From the IMG/VR virus record IMGVR_UViG_3300015370_000046, positions 1 to 25,747 of that record: a DNA stretch of 25,747 bases; one strand, written 5' to 3'. Positions 16,612 through 24,059 of the stretch are shown here, piece by piece; position 1 is the first letter of the stretch, and each line of letters opens with the position of its first letter. This stretch comes from a virus. Taxonomy: Duplodnaviria > Caudoviricetes. A model generated the notes under the pieces. It saw nothing but the letters and a program-made list of their open reading frames with translations. It was not told where the DNA came from and did no database searches. The translations under genes and the position numbers were made by a program.

Positions 16612-16756
16612 CCTGTCTCTCCTGTAGCTTGGCGATGGTCTGGAAGGTGGAGCCGATCTGCCCGTCCTCCCGGCTGTAGATCTCCCGAAGGCGAATGATC
16701 TCCTCGTGAAGGTATTTGAGTTCTGCATGGATTGAGATCTGCTCTTTTTCTGTCAT
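16550..16756 (-). CDS. Small coiled-coil hypothetical protein
   Basis: ATGA-coupled to the terL stop. MTEKEQISIHAELKYLHEEIIRLRE..., 68 aa. Confidence 0.55.
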   Translation of the reverse strand: MTEKEQISIHAELKYLHEEIIRLREIYSREDGQIGSTFQTIAKLQERQDELAAQITDHESTPLTRAHR

Positions 16757-18414
16757 GCCGGTATCTCCATCATTGGTGGAGTGCTCTGCTTGTGACGCTC
16801 TTCGCGATACTGCTGGTACTCCCCGGCGGCTGAGTAGGACGCTATCTGCAGACACCCACCAAGAGCGAACACCCTGTCGTCCTTCGAGCCTGGCCTGGCT
16901 TCGCCGTTACGGGGCCCAGGAAGGCGCTGGAACGCGAGTAGCTCCAGGATGGTATCCATGTCCGGGATCTCTATTGTCTCGTCCCTGATGGCCGAATCCA
17001 GGTCCTCTATGAGGTTGTGTCGGGTAATATGCCCCGTGTAGAACCCGATCCGATCACCTGGCTTCCTGACGGCTCGATCAATTGGTAACCGATGATACAA
17101 GGCCCTTTCGGGGTACCAATGGCGTAGGTGTGACTGACAAGCCTCCCCGATGCCGTTAACCTCAACACCGACAAGACACGTCCCGAATAGGTGTCCAACG
17201 TTGGCAATGGCCCTGGCATAGATGTCTGCCCCTCTCAGTCCCCAAATAGTCGCCACCAGCTTCCAAGGACGGCTGGAGATATCCATCACCGTGGCTGTAT
17301 TGTGATCTCCCCCCGGATTACTCCCTGCACAATCCGCGAACAAGACGTGCCTGTGGGTAGTGTCGATCTCCCCCCATATCTTGAGCCAGTCCCCCTCTCC
17401 CTCAAGCAGCCTGATGTCAGCCTCTCGCTTACTGATATCCAAGGGCATGGACCCCACGAAGCTGGGCTCGATGGCGTTGTCATACCAGGTCTGCAGGGTG
17501 CGCATGGCAAATCGAGGAGAGCCACTGGTAATGAAAGACTCCTCCGAAGTAGCCGGGTATTCCTGCCTGAAGAACAGCACGTCCCCCCCGCACTTGATAT
17601 CAATGGCCCTGCGCCTCCAGGCAAGCTGCCCCCTGGTTAACGCGAACCGCGCAACAAGATCATCCTCCTCCCCTGGGTAGAAATTGTAGCGATCATGCGT
17701 ACCGAAGTCCTCGAGGGCCTCATCCAAGTCGCGCGCTGGCAGATCAAGGCAGTACTCAGCGTGGATGTACCAAGGCAGAAACACCGGCCTCCAGCCACTC
17801 TCACCTGCTACCGCCGCCTCCCACTGCTCGTGGAAGTACCCCCCAGCCCCATACGCCGTCGACTCGATAATCACCAGAGACTCAGGAATGTCAGGAATGG
17901 CCTGCATCAGCGACAGCATGGTCTCTTCGGGGAAGGCCCACTTAGCCAGTTCCGAAAGGTGCGCCATCTGGTGAGTCTGCCCTGTCCCTGCGAATCTCTT
18001 GGCCGCTGTCTGGACTACAACCTGGGAGTTATGGGGCGGAGCGAAGGTTAGCCCCTTCATACTGGAGAATCGCGTCGGAGGGTGAGCCTCATCGTGGTCC
18101 AGGTAGCGCTGGTACATCGAGTAGAGGTTGGCCGTGCCCTCGGGGTCGTGAGAGAGGATCACCCCAGACTGATCTGGCACCAGTCGACAGCGGGCGTAGA
18201 TCAACGCCTCAACCCAAGTCGAGACGCCTTCTTGGCGGGCTTTACAGATAATCAGACGTATCGGTCTCTTTTTCCTGAACTCCTCCCTGACCACAGCGTT
18301 GAGCCGCCTCTGAGCAGAGTTGAAGCGCAGCAGATGCACCCGAGGTGGCTCCTCCCTGCCGGCGAGGATACGGAGGTGAGCCTCCTGCCAGACTGTGTCT
18401 ACGTACTCAGCCAC
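16753..18414 (-). CDS. terL: Terminase large subunit
   Basis: FNSAQ adenine-binding motif, Walker A KARQEGVST, Walker B AHLSELAKW, motif III IESTA, nuclease motifs LFADCAG, GVEVNGIG and KDDRVFALG. Confidence 0.95.
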   Translation of the reverse strand: MAEYVDTVWQEAHLRILAGREEPPRVHLLRFNSAQRRLNAVVREEFRKKRPIRLIICKARQEGVSTWVEALIYARCRLVPDQSGVILSHDPEGTANLYSMYQRYLDHDEAHPPTRFSSMKGLTFAPPHNSQVVVQTAAKRFAGTGQTHQMAHLSELAKWAFPEETMLSLMQAIPDIPESLVIIESTAYGAGGYFHEQWEAAVAGESGWRPVFLPWYIHAEYCLDLPARDLDEALEDFGTHDRYNFYPGEEDDLVARFALTRGQLAWRRRAIDIKCGGDVLFFRQEYPATSEESFITSGSPRFAMRTLQTWYDNAIEPSFVGSMPLDISKREADIRLLEGEGDWLKIWGEIDTTHRHVLFADCAGSNPGGDHNTATVMDISSRPWKLVATIWGLRGADIYARAIANVGHLFGTCLVGVEVNGIGEACQSHLRHWYPERALYHRLPIDRAVRKPGDRIGFYTGHITRHNLIEDLDSAIRDETIEIPDMDTILELLAFQRLPGPRNGEARPGSKDDRVFALGGCLQIASYSAAGEYQQYREERHKQSTPPMMEIPA

Positions 18415-18629
18415 TTCGACCTCACATGTTCCCAGCGCACGGCAGAGGCCTCAAGAAGAACATCAACCGCACCCCCTCGTCTCCGCTCCACTCCAAGCCA
18501 ATAATCATACACCCCCTCCAGTATGGCATCGCAGGCAGGAGTGTCACCCAAATTCGGAAGCCCCATTATCTCCGGGTCATCAAGATCCCTAGGGACTAAC
18601 GTGCCCATGGCCAGACGTAGAAGACTCAC
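18399..18629 (-). CDS. Hypothetical protein
   Basis: GTGA-coupled to the upstream stop and overlapping the terL start. Confidence 0.5.
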   Translation of the reverse strand: MSLLRLAMGTLVPRDLDDPEIMGLPNLGDTPACDAILEGVYDYWLGVERRRGGAVDVLLEASAVRWEHVRSKWLST

Positions 18630-19210
18630 AGACTCGCCCACTGATGATACCTCTCCATGACCTCGTCATACAGCTTATGAGCAATCTGTCCCCGCTCCAG
18701 GTCTGGCGCAGGATTCACAAACTTCCGATAGACATGCTCCCCCTTGTTCAGGAAGGGCAGCTCCACCGTGGGCTCTACACAGAGAGCACTGCATAACCTG
18801 TTATACTCAGCGGAGAAAGGGTTGTCCATCCTCTCCAGTAAGTAAGGAGACCCGAACTGCTGCAAAAGCCTGTTGGTCTTCAGCCACCCCCGGGCGTGGG
18901 TAGTCAGCCTGTCGTCTCCCCCGAACTGCTGCTTGAAAAAGGCACCATCATGGGGGTTGTTGAAGAACTGCGCAGCTGATGGAATAGTTCTTCGCGGATC
19001 TCTGAGTAGCCATAGGCAGGCACCCATGTCCAAGCGCACCCTGATGGCTGTCTTCAAGTCACCTGCAGTGTCGATGGTCTTGAAGGGGAAGCCCACCACC
19101 ACATCCGACGGGCCCTGGATGGTCTCGTGCCTGGCCTGCAGGCCTGTTGCCTTGAGCAGGGCGGTGAGATAGGTCGACCCACTGCGGGGGTAGCAGAGGA
19201 TGGAGATCAC
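18626..19210 (-). CDS. Sulfotransferase-family (P-loop) protein
   Basis: 5'-PSB motif YPRSGSTYL, the conserved HE, and 3'-PB motif LLRDPRRTIPS. Confidence 0.8.
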   Translation of the reverse strand: MISILCYPRSGSTYLTALLKATGLQARHETIQGPSDVVVGFPFKTIDTAGDLKTAIRVRLDMGACLWLLRDPRRTIPSAAQFFNNPHDGAFFKQQFGGDDRLTTHARGWLKTNRLLQQFGSPYLLERMDNPFSAEYNRLCSALCVEPTVELPFLNKGEHVYRKFVNPAPDLERGQIAHKLYDEVMERYHQWASL

Positions 19211-19746
19211 TGCGTCCTCCTCAGATTGTCCTTATAGACCTCATTCCTCGGGTCTAACCGACTGGCCGTTAGGTAGCACTCTCTCGCTCTATCCATCTCT
19301 CCCCCCGCCGCATAGGCCACCCCCAGATTACACCAGGCTTGCGCGAAGTTGGGCCTGGCCATAAGGATCACCTCGTAGATCTCGATAGCTTTCTCGCGCC
19401 TCCCAGGAGCTCCTGCCTGGGCTTGGTAGAGGTAGGTGCCCGCCAGGTTGGCTGCAGCGTCCAAGTCTGCAGGATTGATCCTTAGGGCCTGCAGGAAGGC
19501 AGCCTCAGCCACCACCAGGTCGTCGTGCTGCAGACGTATAGCCCCGACATTATTGAGCGCCTTGGTGGCTAGGCTCCGGTCCCCCCTCGACTTAGCCAGC
19601 GCAAAACACCTGCGATACCACACCTCGGCCATCTCCCAGTGCAGGTCTTGAGTGGACTGCTGAATGGAGGTGAAGCCAGCAAGAGAGATGGAGGGGCCCT
19701 CCCACTCTGCGTGGACAGGTAGGGCCAGAAGGAGGAGAAGAAGCAT
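19207..19746 (-). CDS. Secreted TPR-repeat protein
   Basis: Signal MLLLLLLALPVHA|E. TPR motifs ALNNVGAI..AFLQALRINP and AWCNLGVAYAAGGEMDRARECYLTASRLDP. Confidence 0.85.
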   Translation of the reverse strand: MLLLLLLALPVHAEWEGPSISLAGFTSIQQSTQDLHWEMAEVWYRRCFALAKSRGDRSLATKALNNVGAIRLQHDDLVVAEAAFLQALRINPADLDAAANLAGTYLYQAQAGAPGRREKAIEIYEVILMARPNFAQAWCNLGVAYAAGGEMDRARECYLTASRLDPRNEVYKDNLRRTQ

Positions 19747-20414
19747 CAGTCGTCACTTCCCCGGCGCTGGGCTTCGGTATCGTCGCTGACGTGACGGGCG
19801 TAGTCATGAACAAAAGAGAATGTCTCCAGCCCCGCCAGGCGGTGCTCCATCCTCTTCAGGCGGTCTGAGAGGGGCTCTTGGTAGTCCTCGGTGTAGTCCT
19901 CGTCATACTGCACTTCTACACCAGGGGAGGGGACATCGCCCAAGATGGCATCGATGTCGATGCGCAACTGCTCGATCCCATCCTCGTGATAGTTGGTGCA
20001 GTAAGCAGCCAGAATGGGCTTGGCCCGCTCCAGTAGCAGATGCTGGCACTCGATCATATCAGACTGCTGCTTGTTCCCTTTCCAGGTCATACACTTCCGA
20101 GTAAGTTCCAGCCGCTTGCGCTCCAGCTCAAGCTTGTCTTCAGCCTCGCACAGATCATCCTGAAACTGACCCCGCTCCTTCTTCAGCTCCAAGGCACGAT
20201 GCCAAAGGGGTAGGATCGCAATGAGGTCCACGCCCTCCAAGTCTATCTTGCACCCCGGCAGACGTCTGAAGCCCACCCTTGTCCCCCCCGTTCCCACGGC
20301 CTGCTCTATCCACCACCCCAGCCTCAGCGGATCTTTCTCGGCGGGCCCATAACGGAGTTCCCCATCCTTGATGTACAGATTCTCATCCTTCAACGTCACA
20401 TGAGTCGCCATCAT
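19746..20414 (-). CDS. Hypothetical protein with a coiled-coil
   Basis: Likely start is ATG 20414 or 20411 after GGAGGAG. TGATG-coupled to the TPR gene. Confidence 0.65.
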   Translation of the reverse strand: MMATHVTLKDENLYIKDGELRYGPAEKDPLRLGWWIEQAVGTGGTRVGFRRLPGCKIDLEGVDLIAILPLWHRALELKKERGQFQDDLCEAEDKLELERKRLELTRKCMTWKGNKQQSDMIECQHLLLERAKPILAAYCTNYHEDGIEQLRIDIDAILGDVPSPGVEVQYDEDYTEDYQEPLSDRLKRMEHRLAGLETFSFVHDYARHVSDDTEAQRRGSDD

Positions 20415-20527
20415 CTCCTCCATCGTTCGCAGATCCACGCGGCCAGCCACCAGGTGTGGGCGTGACCGTTGCTACACTCCCACCACTCGATCTTCACGAT
20501 ACGGCTCTTACAACTCCTCCAGATCAT
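20411..20527 (-). CDS. 38-aa Trp/Cys/His-rich microprotein (not in the ORF track)
   Basis: MIWRSCKSRIVKIEWWECSNGHAHTWWLAAWICERWRR, with start/stop overlaps at both ends. Confidence 0.6.
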   Translation of the reverse strand: MIWRSCKSRIVKIEWWECSNGHAHTWWLAAWICERWRR

Positions 20528-20796
20528 GATAGCCCGCCCTGGCCCATGATAATGCCCTCGTTCCACAAGGCCACCAGATCCGCAAGCATCGCCGTCATCC
20601 GCCGCCGGATGGCTGGGACTGACTTAGCGTTGGGGGGCAGGAAGTAGTCCACTGACACCTCCCTGCCACAGCCGCAGCGCAGAATCAGCTTGGCCCTGAC
20701 CATATCCACCTCAGCGTCTGTCGAGCCACAGGGACAGTCAATAGGTCGATAGTCCTTGGGTAGTAGGTCGAGGGCGTTGTCCGGGAGGGGATTCAT
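20524..20796 (-). CDS. Zn-ribbon hypothetical protein
   Basis: CPCGS...LRCGCG. Likely start is ATG 20796 by ATGA coupling. Confidence 0.6.
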   Translation of the reverse strand: MNPLPDNALDLLPKDYRPIDCPCGSTDAEVDMVRAKLILRCGCGREVSVDYFLPPNAKSVPAIRRRMTAMLADLVALWNEGIIMGQGGLS

Positions 20797-20906
20797 ATGA
20801 CCGAGAAGGCCCACATGGCCATACCCACGACTACCCAGAAGCAGGCACAAACGAAGATCATCATCAGCCACACCATCGTCTTGAGCCAGTCCCTCTTGTG
20901 TCTCAC
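20793..20906 (-). CDS. 37-aa single-TM microprotein (not in the ORF track)
   Basis: MRHKRDWLKTMVWLMMIFVCACFWVVVGMAMWAFSVI, with GTGA and ATGA overlaps at its two ends. Confidence 0.6.
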   Translation of the reverse strand: MRHKRDWLKTMVWLMMIFVCACFWVVVGMAMWAFSVI

Positions 20907-21070
20907 AGATGCCCCCACAGCACGCCAGCCATTAGACCAAGGCTAAAAGCAAAGACCAGGGCCCAACCATTGCTGGAGTTGAAGTGCATCCAAAGGCGGA
21001 AGGGCAGAGGGTCTCCAGATCGGCAGGCGTCCATGATGCGCTCAAGCTCCTTATCGGTGAAGTCCTTCAT
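20903..21070 (-). CDS. 55-aa protein with a C-terminal TM helix
   Basis: MKDFTDKELERIM...WALVFAFSLGLMAGVLWGHL, ATGA-coupled. Confidence 0.6.
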   Translation of the reverse strand: MKDFTDKELERIMDACRSGDPLPFRLWMHFNSSNGWALVFAFSLGLMAGVLWGHL

Positions 21071-21354
21071 TTCAGCCCCCCCAATTTTGAGCCTGTAAAG
21101 AGCCAGACCAGCCAATCCACATCAACATCCTCGATCTGGAAGTGGATAATCCCCTTCATCGGGCTGGCCATACACAGGCGCTTATCGTTGACGTGGCGAA
21201 CACCGCCTACCTCATACTCACTGGGCTTGCTCTGCCCAAAGCACATCATACAAGAGCCCTCATCGAGGTCCTTAGGGTCAAGATGCACCCCCTCAGCCGT
21301 AGAACGAATAGGCTTACAGGACATAGGGCAGGGGCAGAGGTGAGGGCGTCTCAT
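21067..21354 (-). CDS. Cys-rich hypothetical protein
   Basis: ATG 21354 after AGGAGG. Contains HLCPCPMSC, SCMMCFG and H..D..LC. Confidence 0.6.
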   Translation of the reverse strand: MRRPHLCPCPMSCKPIRSTAEGVHLDPKDLDEGSCMMCFGQSKPSEYEVGGVRHVNDKRLCMASPMKGIIHFQIEDVDVDWLVWLFTGSKLGGLK

Positions 21355-21413
21355 TTCAGCCTCCTTTTCAGCTCCTCGGCTGCGACCTCCGGAAGAACAA
21401 CGGGCGCTGCGTT

Positions 21414-21602
21414 TCAGCGTGCCAAGCCCAATAGATTCATATTCAACCATCCCCAGGAGGCGCACCCGTACTTATATACAATGCGCCCGCACTCAGGACA
21501 TCGCGCCGGGCCTCGGCCGCGAATCCTCACCACAGCCCCACACGGACACTGCTTCCGCCAGGCGTTCTTGCCGGCATGAACCACCTCACATATCGGTGTC
21601 AT
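21414..21602 (-). CDS. Zn-ribbon small protein
   Basis: MTPICEVV...QCPCG...RCPECGR, with an AGGAGAGG RBS. Confidence 0.55.
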   Translation of the reverse strand: MTPICEVVHAGKNAWRKQCPCGAVVRIRGRGPARCPECGRIVYKYGCASWGWLNMNLLGLAR

Positions 21603-21822
21603 CACTGCCTCTCCTCCTCGGATCATCCTCATCCAGGGTGGCCGCGTCGTCGCCCAGCAAGACGCGGACGTCAAACACCAGGCCCGCGACCTGCGCCAGG
21701 ATGCCAAACCCTGCGTTGTTCACCAGCAGCAGCCGATTGATCTGCCGCAGTTTCTCCAGCACCTCGCATGCGTCGGAGTCTTGGAACTCGCGGATAGCGT
21801 CGAAACACTTTCTTGGAATCAT
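21586..21822 (-). CDS. Hypothetical protein
   Basis: 78 aa, AAGGAG RBS, ATGA-coupled. Confidence 0.55.
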   Translation of the reverse strand: MIPRKCFDAIREFQDSDACEVLEKLRQINRLLLVNNAGFGILAQVAGLVFDVRVLLGDDAATLDEDDPRRRGSDDTDM

Positions 21823-22388
21823 CTCAGCGTCTCCTTCAGTTGCTCGAATTCACTCTTCCGCGGCGGCACCTCGACACGGATCTGCCATTCACGTCTTTTG
21901 CAGTGGCGACAGATACGCTCGCGCTCCAAGGGGGCATAGGCAATAGCGGACGGATAGAGCTCAGAGTAGACCCAGTTGTGATACAAGGGGTAGGAAGTCC
22001 CGACGCACATGCTGTCCACCCTGCTCCGCGAAGCAATGGGCTTGGGCGGCAGGGGCCAGCACCCCAGGTTGGCACTGTCCACCTTCACCGTCTCCCACTC
22101 GTAGGCCGGCTCCGTTGTGGTGAACTCGTCATACGTCCCAATAGAAGCGTTACCCTCGTCGTCAAACGTGATAAGGGGCGTGCCGTCCAATCGATAGATA
22201 TTGGGAAACGGCAACTTCATGGTCCTAATCTCCCTCACGGCTTCGGGTTTGCGGATGGTCAGCACCGAGTCCATCGCGTTCCACCGCAGGATCTCCTCGT
22301 TATCCCAGTAAGTGGGGCCGTAGTCGGTGGCGGAGAGCGTGTCCTGCCCCCAGGCAGGCAGCGCCAATAGCAGTAGTAGGTAGATCAT
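21819..22388 (-). CDS. Secreted hypothetical protein
   Basis: Signal MIYLLLLLALPAWG|Q, GAGGAGGAG RBS, coupled to the terS stop, C-terminal RICRHC. Confidence 0.7.
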   Translation of the reverse strand: MIYLLLLLALPAWGQDTLSATDYGPTYWDNEEILRWNAMDSVLTIRKPEAVREIRTMKLPFPNIYRLDGTPLITFDDEGNASIGTYDEFTTTEPAYEWETVKVDSANLGCWPLPPKPIASRSRVDSMCVGTSYPLYHNWVYSELYPSAIAYAPLERERICRHCKRREWQIRVEVPPRKSEFEQLKETLR

Positions 22389-22930
22389 AATTGCTCCTCC
22401 TCAAAACGCACACACACCTCCTCGACGGGTGTCAAGGGGTCCAACTCAAGCTCTCTGCAGAAGTGCCTCACCCGCTCGCACAGGGGTATGGTGTCGCTCA
22501 TCACCATCTCAGGCAACGCCCTAACATCCTCATAGGGCTCCAGCCTAGCCCTGGCTGCCAGTAGCCTACGCTCAAGGTCAGCTACCTCCTCCCGGACCTC
22601 TGTACGGATTCTGGACCTGGCTGAGGCTGCCTGAGAAGCCTTATCCCCGGTCATCTGGTCAGCCAGGCTCGTATGATCGTTCTCTGCCTCAACCAGCCGG
22701 TGCCTGGCCCCCGCCAAGTTGATGTCCAGGACGTCATCGCGGTAGACGTGTAGTTGCTCGTCCAGCTCGCGCATGAAGAGCTTGTCGTGCTTCCACCTCG
22801 AGAGGGTACTGGTCGAGACCTGGGCAGCCGTAGCCACATCATCGTGACTTGTCTGACCTTCCACCAGCAGGGCGATGGCCGTCAGGTGGCGTCGGTCAAG
22901 CTTGTCGAGCTTGGCGTCTCTTTTTCCCAT
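22385..22930 (-). CDS. terS: Terminase small subunit (N-terminal HTH)
   Basis: AIALLVEGQTSHDDVATAAQVSTSTLSRWKHDKLF HTH followed by LA..RHRL helices. First gene of the coupled run leading to terL. Confidence 0.65.
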   Translation of the reverse strand: MGKRDAKLDKLDRRHLTAIALLVEGQTSHDDVATAAQVSTSTLSRWKHDKLFMRELDEQLHVYRDDVLDINLAGARHRLVEAENDHTSLADQMTGDKASQAASARSRIRTEVREEVADLERRLLAARARLEPYEDVRALPEMVMSDTIPLCERVRHFCRELELDPLTPVEEVCVRFEEEQL

Positions 22931-23000
22931 TTTGGCAATATGGCCGTTTCTTGTTTTCCCATTTTGGGAATATGGAACGCGCGCGTTACGACATATCGTA
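22922..23000. repeat. 22-bp direct repeat pair plus palindromes upstream of terS
   Basis: TTTTCCCATTTTGG[C/G]AATATGG at 22922-22943 and 22954-22975, AACGCGCGCGTT at 22976-22987, TACGA-CATA-TCGTA at 22987-23000. Confidence 0.85.
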
Positions 23001-23002
23001 GT

Positions 23003-23623
23003 TTAGAAGTCGGCAGTCTTGATCTTGACGATGACCCGCCGGCCGTTCCTACAGCGCAGCGGCACCTCAGGCTGGCAGACCAACCCCTCGGCGATGACCG
23101 CACCCCAGGCGGATTCGATGCCCAGCGAAACCAAGCGAATGGCCGTATCCAGAGGGCCAACGTAGCACACGGGCACCGCTCGAATACCCAGCTTCTCCGC
23201 GACCCCCCGCACATCGACAAGCTTCAGCCACCACTCACCCACCGTGATATCAAATAGTATGAAGTCCACCCCGTCCGGGATGTAGCTGGTGCCGACCTTT
23301 TGTATCTTAGCTCCGTAACCCTCGCCGTAGAGGCAGACGGAGCCCTCGTCCCCAAAGACCTCAGCCATCTTCTCAGGGGGGAACATCTTCTGAAGCTTGT
23401 TGAGCAGGGGGGTGTAGAGTTGGGCTCGGTCTGTCCGACCGCCGAAGCGCACCTCCTTGCCATCCCACATCACCCGAACGTTGGTGCCGTCGACCTTCTC
23501 AGTACAGACCCAGGGACAATTCTTAAGGTACTCCACCTCGGGCTGTCGCCACTCACCCTCGATGAGCTTGTGGGTTTTCTCGTCTCGCCTGAACAGACTC
23601 TCGATCTTGGGATACTCGATCAT
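23003..23623 (-). CDS. RNA ligase (Rnl2-like nucleotidyltransferase domain)
   Basis: EYPKI, motif I TEKVDGTN, III LYGEGYG, IIIa FILFDI, IV EGLV, V IVKIK. Confidence 0.9.
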   Translation of the reverse strand: MIEYPKIESLFRRDEKTHKLIEGEWRQPEVEYLKNCPWVCTEKVDGTNVRVMWDGKEVRFGGRTDRAQLYTPLLNKLQKMFPPEKMAEVFGDEGSVCLYGEGYGAKIQKVGTSYIPDGVDFILFDITVGEWWLKLVDVRGVAEKLGIRAVPVCYVGPLDTAIRLVSLGIESAWGAVIAEGLVCQPEVPLRCRNGRRVIVKIKTADF

Positions 23624-23641
23624 CTCGCTCCTCCTCCGGAG

Positions 23642-23718
23642 TGGTGGGCGTGGTAGGGATCGAACCTACTGCCTCCTGTATATCAGACAGGCGCTCTAAC
23701 CTGTTGAGCTACACGCCC
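23642..23718 (-). tRNA. tRNA-Ile (anticodon GAU), 77 nt, CCA encoded
   Basis: Cloverleaf with acceptor GGGCGTG/CACGCCC, D stem GCTC/GAGC, anticodon arm CCTGT-CTGATAT-ACAGG, T arm GTAGG-TTCGATC-CCTAC, and ACCA end. Confidence 0.95.
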
Positions 23719-23725
23719 GGATATC

Positions 23726-23831
23726 GCTGGAGGTCCAGGTCACTCATCGTGAGGGCAGACCCGGAGCTACCGGGGGGATGCCACACATCCCTAAAGGGAC
23801 CCATTTGGCCGATGTCCTCGATGCCCCCAGC
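23726..23831 (-). ncRNA. Candidate structured RNA upstream of the tRNA
   Basis: Closing stem GCTGGGGG/CCTCCAGC with inner stems TCCGGGTC/GACCTGGA, CTCA/TGAG and GGGATG/CATCCC. No family recognised. Confidence 0.35.
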
Positions 23832-23840
23832 TATAACCGG

Positions 23841-24059
23841 TTATTCGTTGATGGCAATCGCGGCGTTGGCCCACATCACCGCCTCCTGGATCTTGCGCAG
23901 GGCCAGAGTCTTCTCAGCGGAGTCAGGGCAGAGATCTGAGATCCTCAGGGCCAACCTGAGCCCAGCCTGCCGGATCTCCACGTGCCTCCGGCCCTGGCTC
24001 TCCCCTGGAGGGTGGTGCGCGAAGATCTTCTCCAGATTCGCACCTACAGTGATATCCAT
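23841..24059 (-). CDS. Acb2/Tad1-like helical-hairpin protein (putative cyclic-nucleotide sponge, anti-defence)
   Basis: FAHHPP...IRQ...LA..I..LCPDSAEKTLALRKIQEAVMWANAAIA matches the C-terminal helix pattern of the Acb2/Tad1 family. TGATG-coupled start at 24059. Confidence 0.72.
   Translation of the reverse strand: MDITVGANLEKIFAHHPPGESQGRRHVEIRQAGLRLALRISDLCPDSAEKTLALRKIQEAVMWANAAIAINE

Noticed and set aside
21351-21416. Frame continues past TGA 21414 for 20 codons to an ATGA junction, suggesting readthrough or recoding
   Set aside because: It is a single case and plausible by chance or as a recent nonsense change. TGA, TAG and TAA all act as real stops elsewhere, so there is no sign of an alternative code.
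22922-22975. Repeat pair as a mini-CRISPR array
   Set aside because: Only two copies with a 10-bp spacer and no cas genes.
23642-23718. tRNA as an attachment site or prophage boundary
   Set aside because: Phage-type genes continue on both sides, and I saw no integrase or duplicated tRNA 3' end in the window.
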